From the NCBI RefSeq assembly GCF_006345805.1, contig NC_042999.1, forward strand, positions 107,136,001-107,200,000: a DNA stretch of 64,000 bases, given 5' to 3'. Made by a program: the position numbers and the translations under genes. This document shows positions 10,577 to 23,165 of the stretch, piece by piece. This DNA is from Octopus sinensis. Lineage: Eukaryota. Within the stretch, counting starts at the first letter, position 1; every line of letters starts with the position of its first letter. A model generated the notes under the pieces. It was given only the letters and a program-made list of their open reading frames with translations. It had not been told where the DNA came from and searched no databases.

Positions 10577-12921
10577 CCCTTGGTCTACCAAAGAAAATCT
10601 ATGTCATTAATTACCAACTGGGTCCAATATTTTTCTTTTATTTAAATTTTATTCAGACTACCACTATTTCTTATATTCTATTAGGAGAATAAAGAATTAC
10701 TGTTTCTCACAAATTTTAATACAAAAATACAGCTTACAGAATATATTTTAAATTTAAAAAATTACAAAAATTCAGAATTACAGCTCTTTATGGCAGTGAG
10801 TGCAGACAACATTGGAATGTTCTTGGCAAACAAGATTGTCTTCTTTTCTTGTTTGGTTGAGAAATTTTAGCACAACTAGAAGATTGTTTGTCAAGTTCTT
10901 GTTAGCTTTAACTCCAGCAAGTTCCTTTCCTAACTGAATTAGGCACTGTCTTCTTTTATCCTTGAAACTTTGCAAATGAAGCTGTTTAGCAACAATGAAA
11001 GCATTTACTGCACTTATGTCAATCATGTTGTAGAATATAACCGAAGGCCATCTTTGAGTCATTCTTTTGCAAGTGCATATCCTTACCATCTTATCTAGGC
11101 TATCTACTCTTCCTTTTGTTTTGTTGTAACATGTAATAACTTCAGGTTTCTTTTCAACACTTTTTGAATCAATTGAAGGATGAGAGTGCATTGTACTCAT
11201 AAGTGTGACAACATAATTTTTCTTGGGGCAATGAGATAGGATCATAGAATCCTTTTGAAATCCAAATATTGTGCTGTTGATTTCTCTTTCTTTTCCATTT
11301 GTGAAAGCACTTGGACGTTCGACTCTGTTCTTTCTAATTATTTCAACTAAAGTAGTTTTCTTGCTAAGCAGCTTTTTAGCCAATCCTACACTTGTAAAAG
11401 AATTATCACAAGTTATATTACAACCTGTATTTTCAAGTTCTTTTACTAGGTCTTCAACAAATCTTGAACCTTGATTTGTCTCTCTCTCTCTCTTTTACTG
11501 GGTCTTTTCCAGTGTAGATTTGCATTTTACAAGCATAAGGTGTTTCACTGTCACATATTGCACAAATTTTAATTACATATTTCCCTGGTTTTGAAGGAAT
11601 ATGTACCCAGAATAGGTAGCGCCCTCTGAAGGAGTTAATCAATTGTCATGCATGAACTTGGAACTTATCTATCTTGTAAATTATGATTCCACATTTCAAA
11701 TACTTCTCTTAACGGCTCCAATTTATCATCACTTCTCTTTTTTTCTTTTTGCACTAGCATCATCAAAACGCAATACTTGTAAAATCAGTTGAAATCTTCC
11801 CCAGCTCATAATTTTGTTGAAGATTGGGTGGCCATCTTATTGACTCTATAACTGTGTGACATTTTCATGTTTAGATTTATAAACACCTATAAGAATAATC
11901 AGTCCAATAAATTTCTTTACTTGAGAGTGATCAACTTTCTTCCATTTGTCTTTGTAAACAACCTGACCTTCAAGAATTACTTGAAGATTCTGGTGCATAA
12001 AGATAGTAAAACATGTTTCAATGCTATCACAAAACCGTTTAGCAAAACGGGATGGTCCACATTTTTGGTGCACAATATTGCAAGATGAAGTTCTTACTGC
12101 TGCTTGGGGAAGAGGATTAGAATGCCAAACTTCTTGTCTGCCTCTAGAAACATTGCTCATTCATAATTGGGTGGCTTGCAGATAATTGGTTTTGAGTATC
12201 TTCATCATCTGATGACACAGAACCTAAACTGTCCAGCACACAATCACTTTCGCCATCATCTTCAGAGCAATAGAAGGAATCATGCTATCTTCTTCCCATT
12301 CTTCTTTTAATTCCAATAACCTTTTTGATATTTGGTCTTCACTCAAGTTTTCACGTCTAGGCACACTGGAAAACACAACTGAACTATGTGAAACTTGTTA
12401 GAAGACCAAAGGCAGATATTGCTCTCTCACATATTTACGCTCTCCTGAAAGATGATACGATATATTGTAAGAATTGTGTCATCACATAGAAATATTGCAC
12501 CACCCTATATCCTAGCAGATTGAAGGTGATGTGGTACCACACAAATTTGCAGGAATATTTTTATAATTTTTTCCTATTTTATCTAAAATTCAGCAAATAT
12601 ATTGAATACAATTTTATCTATTTTATATCTGATAAATATCTAGGAAAATAATATTTGATACTGATTTTATTCTGTTTAGAATGGCAAGAGTATTGTCTGA
12701 ATTTAATTCAAGGGTCTAATGGACCCAAACGGTAATTAATGTATAAAGTGAAATTTTATAGCTTTTATGAGCATATGGAAAATTTCCCATTTGATAAATA
12801 AAAGAGAGTCAAGAAGATAGAAATGTCATGAGAAATCAGCAGAATCAAATAATATAAACAGTAGGGAAAAGCAACTGAAAAAACTGAATTGGGTCCATTG
12901 GATCCTTTGGTAGACAGAAGG
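10577..12921 (-). mobile_element. piggyBac DNA transposon, both ends present, inactive
   Basis: TTAA at 10573-10576 and 12922-12925. 17-bp TIRs match 14/17 (CCCTTGGTCTACCAAAG vs CCTTCTGTCTACCAAAG). Subterminal inverted repeats at 10605-10626 and 12720-12741 match 19/22. Confidence 0.9.
10778..12370 (-). pseudogene. piggyBac (DDD) transposase, fragmented
   Basis: ORF pieces 11846..12160 (VKKFIGLIILIGVYK), 11454..11642 (SFRGRYLFWVHIPSKPGKYVIKICAICD) and 10778..11383 (YNKTKGRVDSLDKM...RWPSVIFYNMIDISAVNAFI) carry PGBD-family motifs, split by stops and frameshifts. Confidence 0.9.
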
Positions 12922-13269
12922 TTAATGTGCTGAGCTCCTTACCCTAAAATCTTGGATTCAATGTTTGTATTAAGTGGTACATTGTCTCCTTGTGCAAGGT
13001 ACCTCCTTTCCCCACGGTTTTTGTTTATTCAACTGAAAATTAGAACACACCAAGAGTTGGTACGACCCTCATTCACTCCAACTGCAACTGCCTCAATGTA
13101 CTGCTTGATCAAAGTGTAGGAAGGATGAGAGTGTATCTATATCTGTTCACGGTTACAAAGTTACATGAAACAATTTGTAAAAGGAAGGTATATGCTACCA
13201 GGTCATACTCATTTGCAAATGATGTTTATGGTTTACAGTGCAGATAGGATTGTGCAGTTAATAGTATGC

Positions 13270-13411
13270 TTTGCAACTGTATGGTTTTGAGTTCTGCATC
13301 ACTGCATGGCATGGCACACTGGGCAAGTGTCGTCTACTACAGCGCCCTGCTAACCGAAGCCTTGCTAGTGGATTTAGTAGATGGAAACTGAAAGAAGCCT
13401 CTGTGTGTCTC

Positions 13412-13455
<44 letters not shown>

Positions 13456-13690
13456 CGCGTCTTGTTCTCCTGGTGTTGTATGGGAGTTGTAAGTGAGCTT
13501 CACCATCATGTAAGTAATGTCATTCATTTTTGGTCTTTCTTGAAAACTTGCCTAACTATTGAGAAAATATTACCTTGCTTGGAAACAGGTAAGGGTTAGC
13601 AACAGGAAGAGTATCCAGCCAGAGAAAATTTGCCTCAGTGAATTCCATTTGACCCATATAAGTATGGAAAGGTGGATGTTAAAACGATTA
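13270..13690 (+). mobile_element. SINE with family A head/core, (TG)n and RTE-like tail
   Basis: GGCACACTGGGCAAGTGTC...GGAAACTGAAAGAAGCC core, then GGTTAGCAACAGGAAGAGTATCCAGCC...ATGGAAAGGTGGATGTTAAA tail. Confidence 0.6.
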
Positions 13691-14103
13691 TGGTGAAGGA
13701 AAAAATTAAGGAAGAAGCTTTTCCGTTCTTTCTTTTGAGGTCAATAAATAAAGTACCAGCCTGGTACAGTGGAGTGATGAAACTGTCAGAGAATCAACCA
13801 GGTTGCTTTGTAGTATCTGATCTGGCTTTTTGCATTCTGAATTCAGCTTCTTCCCCATATCACTGGCCTCCTTGTAGTGGGAAATTGATCATTCAGGATC
13901 CTAATAATAACAGGTCTTCAGTCTCAGATGGCACAATGTGCCAACTGGAATGACATCTCAGCTATATCTGTCGAACGAATTGTACCCTGCACAAAGTGCT
14001 GTTAACACACGGACAGAAAAAATATTGAAGTTAAAAGGTATGAGTCTGTCCACATAGATCATCCCAGACAAGTGAAACTGATGTTTTTTTCTACTCTAGG
14101 CAC

Positions 14104-14385
14104 ATCATCATCATCATCATCATCGTTTAACGTCCGTTCTCCATGCTAGCATGGGTTGGACGGTTCGACCGGGGATCTGGGAAGCCAGAAGGCTGCACCA
14201 GGCTCCGGTCTTATCTGGCAATGTTTCTACAGCTGGATGCCCTTCCTAACACAACCACTCCGTGAGTGTAGTGGGTGCTTCTTACGTGCCACCTGCACTG
14301 GTGCCAGGCGAGGCTGGCATCGGCCACGGTCGGATTGGTGCATTTTACGTGCCACCTGCACAGAAGCCAGTCGAGGCGGCACTGG
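14104..14385 (-). mobile_element. Young 5'-truncated RTE 3' end inserted into a family D SINE
   Basis: Reverse complement is nearly identical (a few differences by eye) to 63480-63750. It splits the host SINE tail between CTCTAGGCACA and GGCGAAATTT. Confidence 0.85.
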
Positions 14386-14386
14386 G

Positions 14387-14577
14387 GCGAAATTTCAGAG
14401 AGGGGGCAGTCGATTAAATCGACTCAGTATGCAACTGGTATTTAATTTATCGACCCCAGAAGGATGAAAGGAAAAATCGACCTCAGTGGAATTTGAACTC
14501 AGAATGTAAAGATTGATGAAATACCGCTAAGCATTTCACCCAGAATGCTAACGTTCTGCCAGCTTGCCACCTTGAAA
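14387..14577 (-). mobile_element. tRNA-derived SINE, family D (Meta-domain-like core)
   Basis: Minus strand reads GGCAAGCTGGCAGAACGTTAGCA...GAGTTCAAATTCC...CCTTTCATCCTTCTGGGGTCGATAAA. The resemblance to the MetaSINE central domain is from memory. Confidence 0.75.
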
Positions 14578-15289
14578 CTGATGCTGCTAACATTCTGTTT
14601 GAACATATGTATGTTTGTGCCTGTAAGAAAAATCATAGGAGGAGAGGTAATTCAAAAGGGGCTGCTGTTTTGTGGACAATCTATGGGGAAAGAGGTTTTG
14701 AATGCTGCATCAGGAAGGTATGAATATGAGTAACAATAAGAGTAACAAGAGGATAAGGGACTGGTGTGACAATAGTCTCTAGATGGTGTATATGCAGATA
14801 TGTAGTTCATGCACACACAGAGACACACAGACACATGTACACATGCAAACACACACACACATATAGACTTACATACATGCAGCAATAGACAGGGCAAAGA
14901 GTAGAACAGGGAAACAGTGCAGATTTAAATCATAGATATTTAAACAGGCATGTGTTGGTCTTAATCTTCATTATTTATGAATTAATTACAACACTACTAT
15001 CCTATGGATTATTCCTGTGTAGGAGTCTGTAAAGAACTAGCAGCCATTCAAGATTAAATCATTTCCTGTCTTGAAAAATATTTCTAGTTTCTTTTAGATA
15101 CAGTTTTTGCATTGGTACCTATTTGGGGTTACTATCAGTGATCAAAGATTTAAGGCCTTGCACAGTGGTTCTCATAATGGGGATGGGGTGCTGAGTGGAT
15201 TGAAAAGGCTGGGGACAGACAAATTGGCACGCTTAATAAAATTATTAAGGTTTTAAACTTCTAAAATTATTTGACATTATGGCAAAGGG

Positions 15290-15520
15290 AAAATGAATTA
15301 TATGGATGTAAACTTTGATAAGAACCACCCAAAGTGGCAGCATGTCATCATTGAGGGAACAGATCTGATGGCAAAATAACATGTCGAGAGGCATAGATCA
15401 AATGTCAAAGATGCAAAGAGTGATTCACCCGTCCTCGTCCCCCACCAACTCTCCCTTGACTCTTCTGTACCACCCTTGGCCTGGACAACCATCTCACACA
15501 CCAGCACCTTGCACATGCAT
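15290..15520 (+). mobile_element. Possible very degenerate LINE ORF2 C-terminus
   Basis: Fragments KWQHVIIEG and LFC...LGLDNHL resemble the WR..I..G and C2H2 (IGL.SH) end of RTE-like ORF2. Weak evidence. Confidence 0.3.
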
Positions 15521-16395
15521 CAAGATGAAGGAGCTCAATCACTAGCTACCAATCTATAAATCGAATACGAGTTAATTCCACTGCTGATGAAACTTTGGCA
15601 AGATTTAAAAGCTGATGAGAAAATTAAAAGCTTAAAACTTCTGCTATTTACTAGGCTATTTAATATTTATTTTCACAGACAGATTGAAGGTCTAAGTTTT
15701 GCAGAAAATGAATGCTTATACATTTACATAGATCGTATCAGTGAAATAAAAGATTTTTGGAATCAAAATACTTTCATGTACTTAAAGTGCCTTGAGCTTA
15801 AATCTTCTCCGCAACTAACTCCTCCCAATATGTCATTAAATACTAAGATAACTACAGATACAAAACTATAAGCTCATTATAACCAACTTTACTATCTGAA
15901 TAATTTATCTGAAATGGAAAGCAACTCGTACAATAGGATAGAACCTAAGTTATATATTTACTTCCGCCACTTATCTTTCACCTATTCAAATTACCTTTCA
16001 GCACACACAGAATAAAATGTATATAAAGCAAAATGATATGAAAATATAGAACACTCATACAACTTTACAATTAACAGCAGACAAAGCAACATAACAGATT
16101 TGTCTTTGAGTCCTCGATCTTTCTACTACAAATCAGAAAGTACTCTCAACATAAAATAGTATGATAATGTTTTCATATTTCTAGGCAGCAAAATTCAAAA
16201 TTCAAAATTCAAAATGAAAAACCACCTAAACATGCAACAGGCCACAGTTCATTGTTTCATAAACCTTCAACCCACACAGCTCCTGCATCCTAAGAACAGT
16301 GTCCCCCGGTTCAAATTGACTACAGTACAAAAACATAACAAGCACAACCACACAAAAATAACTGTAACATAGAGCTGGGTGATAAACCTTTATGT

Positions 16396-16616
16396 ACCTA
16401 TTTCTTTACTACCCACTAGGGGCTAAACACAGAGAGGACAAGCAAGGACATACAAACGGATTAAGTCGATTATATCGACCCCACTGCATAACTGGTACTT
16501 ATTTAATCAACCCTGAAAGGATGAAAGGCAAAGTCGACCTCGGCGGAATTTGAACTCAGAATGCAGCAGCAGACGAAATACCACTAAGCATTTCGCCCGG
16601 CATGCTAACGTTTCTG
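16396..16616 (-). mobile_element. SINE family D with target-site duplication
   Basis: Same core as 14387-14577, flanked by CCTTTATGT at 16387-16395 and 16617-16625. Confidence 0.8.
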
Positions 16617-17300
16617 CCTTTATGTGCCATGTAAGACAAAGCAGTCAAATCTCCCTCTACTTCCCTAAAAATGGAAAGAAAGCATTAAATAATGTAATTC
16701 AAGACACATTATTATCTGAATGAGACTTGATGTTCATAGCTAGAATGTCTTAGATCATAGATTTGCTCAATCAAAGCTGATCTTAAAAGTAATGACTTTA
16801 CAAAACTGCAATTACCATCAATGACTGTCGCTTGCCCATCTCCTCAGTGTCCACCACCAGAATTTGCAAACATAGAAAAAGCACTCTGAATATTGGAAAA
16901 AAATGCAAATTGCTCTCACCACCATAATAGTTACTATATGAGACCCCTCTGTATCTCGGAGTGTGAACTGGATGTATGGATCACACCTAGTTGTCTGAAC
17001 AGTTTAGAAATATGTCTACTTGATATACTGAAGCTACACTGCAGCAGAAACAACATTGTATTGCACAGGTATTCACGCACTCACCTAATGGAAGCTTTGT
17101 GATTTTGAAAATCTTGCCATAATGTTTTGATTTTTTTTTTTATTTGAAATCTGTTTTCCTGATGGCTTCCATCTTATTATATCATGTTAAAAAGATTTCA
17201 ACCTATTTTTATGCAAAGATAAGTCTTATGTAATGGAATTTCCCATTATGGCAAGGTTTTTCACAACACAAGGGATGTTTGTTTAATGTAATAATGTATC

Positions 17301-17461
17301 GATGCAGAAGTAACTGTGTGGTTAGTAGCTTGCTTACCAACCACATGGTTCTGGGTTCAGTCCCACTGTGTGGCACCTTGGGCAAGTGTCTTCTACTATA
17401 GCCTCAGGCCAACCAAAGCCTTGTGAGTGGATATGGTAGACGGAAACTGAAAGAAGCCAGT

Positions 17462-17502
<41 letters not shown>

Positions 17503-17708
17503 GTTTGTGTGTTTTTGTTTGTCCCCCACCATTTCTTGAACCATTCCTTGACAACCAATGCTGGTTTGTTTACGTCCCCATTTGGCAAAAAAGGCTAATA
17601 GAATAACTACTAAGCTTACAAAGAATAAGTCCTGGAGTCGATTTGTTCGACTAAACATTGTGCTCCAGCATGGTCAGAGTCAAATGACTGAAACAAATAA
17701 AAGAAAAG
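17301..17708 (+). mobile_element. SINE family A
   Basis: Same head, central (TA)/(TG) tract and ATGACTGAAACAA tail as 18192-18612. Confidence 0.8.
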
Positions 17709-18191
17709 TATATGAAATAGCCCCAAGAAAGAAAACATACAGAATATTTTAAAACAAGCAATATTATTTCACTCTTGTCAATAATTTTTTTATTTGAATA
17801 GTCCTGAGGTTATGGCTCTCTGGCTTTTTGACTTTGTGCCACACTGGGAGTCAAATAATGGATTATTGACACATTTTGCACAATTATTGGGGACATTTTA
17901 ATATTATTTGATATACTCTGTCAAATGTTCAAATGTTATGTTTATTTGTTTACATTGTTTTCAATAAATCAAGCATTATTTTGTAGTTTTGAGATTTTAT
18001 TGATATAAATGTTCATTTTTAGAATGACATTGTTGGGTAGGTGTAAGAAACTGGAACTAGCTGGTTTAAACATGAAATAAGTAGTATATTTGAGTCTTAT
18101 ATGGCCAACTTAAATGTTAAAAGGTTACAGTTAAAAATATAGTAAAGAATATAGATAATGAATGCTTACTTTATTTTATTAAAAAATACTA

Positions 18192-18362
18192 GGCACAGGA
18201 ATGGCTGTGTGGTAAGTAGCTAGCTAACCAACCACATGGTTCTGGGTTCAGTCCCACTGCGTGGCATCTTGGGCAAGTGTCTTCTGCTATAGCCCCGGGC
18301 CAACCAATGCCTTGTGAGTGGATTTGGTAGACGGAAACTGAAAGAAGCCTGTCGTATATATG

Positions 18363-18393
<31 letters not shown>

Positions 18394-18612
18394 TTGTGTG
18401 TCTGTGTTTGTCCCCCTAGCATTGCTTGACAACCGATGCTGGTGTGTTTACGTCCCCATCACTTAGCGGTTCGGCAAAAGAGACCATTAGAATAAGTACT
18501 GGGCTTACAAAGAATAAGTCCCGGGGTCAATTTGCTCGACTAAAGGCGGTGTTCCAGCATGGCCGCAGTCAAATGACTGAAACAAGTAAAAGAGTAAAAG
18601 AGTAAAAGAGAG
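18192..18612 (+). mobile_element. SINE family A, full-length
   Basis: Head TGGCTGTGTGGTAAG...GGGTTCAGTCCC, internal microsatellite, and tail CCAGCATGGCCGCAGTCAAATGACTGAAACAAG(TAAAAGAG)n. Near-identical to 31621-32024. Confidence 0.9.
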
Positions 18613-18813
18613 AGAACAAAATTATGAACAACAGTTTTCAAGAAGAGCTAGTAATAATATGGTTTTATTTGAATTGTATTTTTTAAAATCTGTCGAGAAT
18701 CTAGTTGTGTTGCAGCTGTGAACCACAGTGTACTATTTCAGGATTGGACAAATCTTTTTGTGCTATTATTTCTAAACATACATTGTCTATATGCATCAAT
18801 TAATTTAAAAATA

Positions 18814-19704
18814 CAGCGGGGTACCCAAAAGAAACCGGAATTTTGCAATATTATTTTATTCACTTAGCTTTATATGTTTACACTGCCTCCATTTGAAGCA
18901 ATCATTGGTCCAAGTATGCATTCTGCTATTCAAGACAATGCTGGATCTCTTACGAAGTGATGCCTTTTAATGCCTCCATCGATTTTTACATCACCTCTTC
19001 GCCACGTGCAAATTCCATAGCATCAGATTTCATCACCAGTGATGACCTTCAAAAAAAGGTCTGGATCAACTTCCATCTGTTCTTTCAGTTCACAACATGC
19101 ATTCAGTCATGACTGCTTTTGATCTTCCGTGAGCAAGCAAGGTACAAATTTTGCTGCAGCTCTTTGCATTTGCAATTCCTCACTCAAAATTTGTTGGCAG
19201 GAGTTTCAGGACACACCAGTCATATCAACAAGTCCGTCAATTGTTTGGTAGCAGTTCTCCAAGATCAGATCAGTTCATGAATTTTTCATGATGTTTTCAT
19301 ACATTTAGGAAATCGACTGTTGTCCTGAATAAGGTTGGTCTTCAAACAACAAGTGACCATTCCCAAAGCATGAAAACCACTCATAAACTTATGTTTTGAT
19401 CATGGCAGTGTCCTTGTAAGCTGTTTGAAGCATGACAACTATTTCAGCCACCATTTTCCCCAGCAGAAAACAGAATTTCATGGAAGCATACTTTTCCTTC
19501 ATTTCAGCCATCACAAAAAATCAATGAAATTGGAGAAGCACCACATCAGTGAAATTGGAGAAGACACACCACATGGTAGTTTGACTTCACTCAACAACAC
19601 CAGTCAGCAGACTGATGCCTGAGGGTTGCATCAAGTAGCTTCTAACAGTGGCAGCCTGAACTGCACAAAGAACGTTTCCTGTTACTTTTAGGGAACCCCC
19701 ATCG
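18814..19704 (-). mobile_element. Internally deleted mariner transposon
   Basis: TA-flanked imperfect TIRs (CAGCGGGGTACCCAAAAGAAACCGGAA / CGATGGGGGTTCCCTAAAAGTAACAGGAA). Minus strand gives mariner N-terminus (LQTAYKDTAM..VYEWFS.FGNG...EDQPYSG), ITGDE, then jumps to the C-terminus (EALKGI..E.QHC), so the middle of the catalytic domain is deleted. Confidence 0.8.
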
Positions 19705-21849
19705 TAAGTATTTGATAAGATTTACTATTATCCTGACTATTAAACTAGTGCTTTGGATCCAACTTAACAAAATTTTCTTACATAAAATGTTGACAGGGTG
19801 TTTGAATTTACATCTAACTATTTAAAATGTATAGTTATTGCATCATAAAAACCAGGGGAAGTCTAAAACAGTTTAGTATCAAAATAGTCAATAGGTTGAA
19901 CAGCTGACTGAAAGATTAGGAACTGAGCTCAAATCTTAATTTAGCCAATTAATTCTTGCCAAATCATATAACTCCTTATTTGTCTCAATCTACTTAACTG
20001 ACAATAAATACCTGCCACACGTACTCCACACTTAAACAGAATAAATGAGGGAGCATTTGTATCATTTGACTTACAAAAACACAGCAGCCAAATTTCACTC
20101 AACTCATACTCTGTAGTCAAGTACACATTGGATAATGTAATCATGGCCCACTGTGCCAGAGAAAAAAAAGGATGGTTTGGTCATCACTAAAATGGCTCTG
20201 ATTACATGTCTGTTTGACCATGACTAACTTGGGACAAACAACGAAAACAACCTAACAGTTAAATGCTTCTAGGAAGGGTTGGTAAATAGTTGTAAAAAAT
20301 AAAATGACAAAAAACAATATACTACCCTTGTGAATACAGGGGAAAAAACATATAAAACAAGGAAAATAATTTAGCAACTTTTACAATTGAAATAATTTAT
20401 CCAGAATGTTAAGCTACCTGCATCATGGAAGGCAGCATAGAATATACTAACATTTTTCCTTCCTCCTTCATTCACATTGAAATAAGCAATGTAACAAACA
20501 TAGATGAAAATACTCCTGACAAAAGAAGATATATGCATGATATTGTGAATGAACAATAATTCTTCCTTCATTGCTTGTCACTATGTAATGGCAAATGTGC
20601 AAAATATATTTTATTCCTAAATGTTTTTCAGTTCTTTTCATTTTTTAAATGGTTGCATTTTATTATTTATTTATCCTTTTATTTATTTATCCATTTATTT
20701 ATTTATTTATTTATTTTTCCAGCTTCCCTGTGGAAGAATTTTGAATTTGTTTCTTGAATTGGGTGATCATTATTTACATTTTCTATTCAAGCAAATTTCC
20801 ATATCCTGAATTTTTATCTCTTGAGATAGTGGTGAATAAATTTTTAGATGATATATCCAGCAAAAATAGAAGGATAAAAATTATTCTTGTTTATGTAAAG
20901 AAATATTGAAAAGATATTTTTCTCTTCTATTAAAAATTGCTTATTAGCAGGCTGTCATTAAAAAGAAAAAGAACTGGGAAGCTAATACAAGTCGTCAAAA
21001 ATGATTGTTTCTTAATAATGTAAAATAGAAATGCATGTAATACATAAAGAACATGTACATTGCAATGCTTCAGATATTTTTGCAATTCATCCTTAAAATG
21101 CCTGGCAGTCTATAGAACCTTAATGCTACTTTTTCTGCCATTAGTTTCTCTGCATTAAATGTGTTATTCATCTTAGCGAACTAAGGACTTTCACAAGCTT
21201 GCATGGAAGCTTCTACATTAATACTTGACCTGAAGAAATTACAACTAGATCTTCCTTAAATGCTACACTAATAGCTTTAAAAACAGCAAAATGTACAGGA
21301 TTGACAAAAATTAGTTTCAAATTTTAGCACAAAGCCAGGAGTTTCAGAAGTGGGAGCTAGTCTATTACACCAACCCCAGTACTCAACTGGTACCTATTTT
21401 ACTGACCCCAAAAGGATAAAAGACAAAGTCGGCCTTGGGCAAGATTTTAACAGATGAAATGTCTATAATCCAGTCTATTAGATAGACAGATAGACAGACA
21501 GATCAAATTAGTTCAAATATATTTGAGACATATTTCATATCTGGCCTGTAAGAAAGCATTTTTCACTTCACTACTGCTTGCTATAATGAAATTTTTTTAT
21601 TTCAGGCAAAAAGTGTAAACACAGTAAAATCAATCACTTCAAAAAGACTTATGAATTATGAACTGGTTGGTGCATTTTGAGATTTTGTTCTCTCTTCAGT
21701 ACTAGATACCAAGTAGGACAACTCTAAACTGATTAAAAGATTTAGCATCCTAATAGAAATCTTCCAGTCAGTTTAGAGTTGTATAAACTATATACATATT
21801 CAAGAGGACCCATTCACCACAACGGAATTGAGATCTTAAAACCAAGGTG

Positions 21850-22095
21850 CCATAGGAAACGCATTGGTATGTGTGTTGGGGTCACATAAAAAGCACTTGT
21901 GATGGGGCCACATAAAAAGCACCTAGTACACTTTGTAGAGTGGTTGGCATTAGGAAGGGCATCTAGCCACAGATACCAAAGCCAAGACACACTATGGAAC
22001 CTGGTGTGGCCTCTGGTCTTGCCAGTTCCTCTCAAGCCATCCAAACCATGTCAGCATGGAAAACAGATGTCAAATGTTATTGATAATAATAATGA
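21850..22095 (+). mobile_element. Degenerate RTE 3'UTR copy
   Basis: CACATAAAAAGCAC repeats, GGCATTAGGAAGGGCATC and CAGCATGGAAAACAGATGTC tail. Confidence 0.7.
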
Positions 22096-22284
22096 CACAT
22101 ACTTATGCACATACATACATACATATATATGTATTTATGTATGTGTGTATGTATGTATGCATATATGTGTGTGTGTGTGCATATATATATATATATATAA
22201 TATATATATATATAATATAAATTAGAGATATAACCACTATTATGCAACTCAAACAGTGATAGATATAAACCAATACATAAATAA

Positions 22285-22329
<45 letters not shown>

Positions 22330-22341
<12 letters not shown>

Positions 22342-23165
22342 TCGGGGTGAGTACTTGATAATTATAAGCACCTGTGTATACCGTTTGGTGGTGTAGGTGG
22401 TGGAGTAAATTGATCAAAATAAAAACATGATGCGAAGGATTCAGCGGTACATATGTATCGGGCCTTTATTAGACAGATTTATAACAATGCATAATGTATG
22501 TCTGTGGCCTTCTTCAGCCGCGCACAACAGCTTCCACAAGGACATGTGTTACATCAAAAATTCTTGGTTGGGGATGCAAATCCTCTCATTCGCGTACGAC
22601 ATAATGCGGCAGCAGCATAGAATTGAAGTGTCCATCTCTTTCTTCTCTCAATGTAGAATGAGGAAATTTGGATGTTGAAGTAATGTAAATAAATAAATAC
22701 ATATATAGACGTGAAGATGGAGGGGCGAGAATTCAGGACGAGGGATAAAAAATGTATAAAAAATGTATAAAAAGTGTAAGTATAGAAAAATATAAAAATG
22801 TAGAGTATAAAGATATAAAGGGATATAAGGAGATGTAAAGGGGGTATAAAGAATATAAAGAAGTATAAAGAAATATAAATAAATGTAAAGGCATAAGGTT
22901 ATAAAGTAAAAATAGAAATAGAAATAAAAGTAAAAAGTAAAAAAATAAGAATAGGAATAAACATGATAAAAATGTAAAAAAAATATAAAGATAAGGGATG
23001 TATAGAGGTTACGGACCAAACATGGTGGTCAGGAGATTGATAAAATTTAGTTGTAGAAGTTTTGGGTGTCAATAAATCAACAGTGTCGTCTGGGGACCTA
23101 ATGTGTTGTAAATCAGAGCTGTTGAGCGTTTAATCTGGTTCTTTGAATTAATTGGTCATCTAGAA
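22330..23165 (-). mobile_element. Penelope-like 3' region (pseudo-LTR) with hammerhead motif and purine-rich linker
   Basis: Contains the hammerhead-like motif at 22444-22521, a ~145-nt C-free tract on the plus strand (about 22747-22891), and a truncated inverted copy at 23851-23930. The element class is inferred from this architecture. Confidence 0.5.
22444..22521 (-). ncRNA. Degenerate minimal hammerhead ribozyme motif
   Basis: GCGG-CTGAAGA-A-GGCC...GGCC-C-GATAC-ATAT-GTA-CCGC. The core GAAA is mutated to GATA here but intact in the inverted partial copy (CCCGAAATATATGTACCGC, 23874-23892). Confidence 0.55.

Noticed and set aside
13672-13953. 93-aa ORF in unique-looking sequence
   Set aside because: It starts inside a SINE tail, with no motif or splice support.
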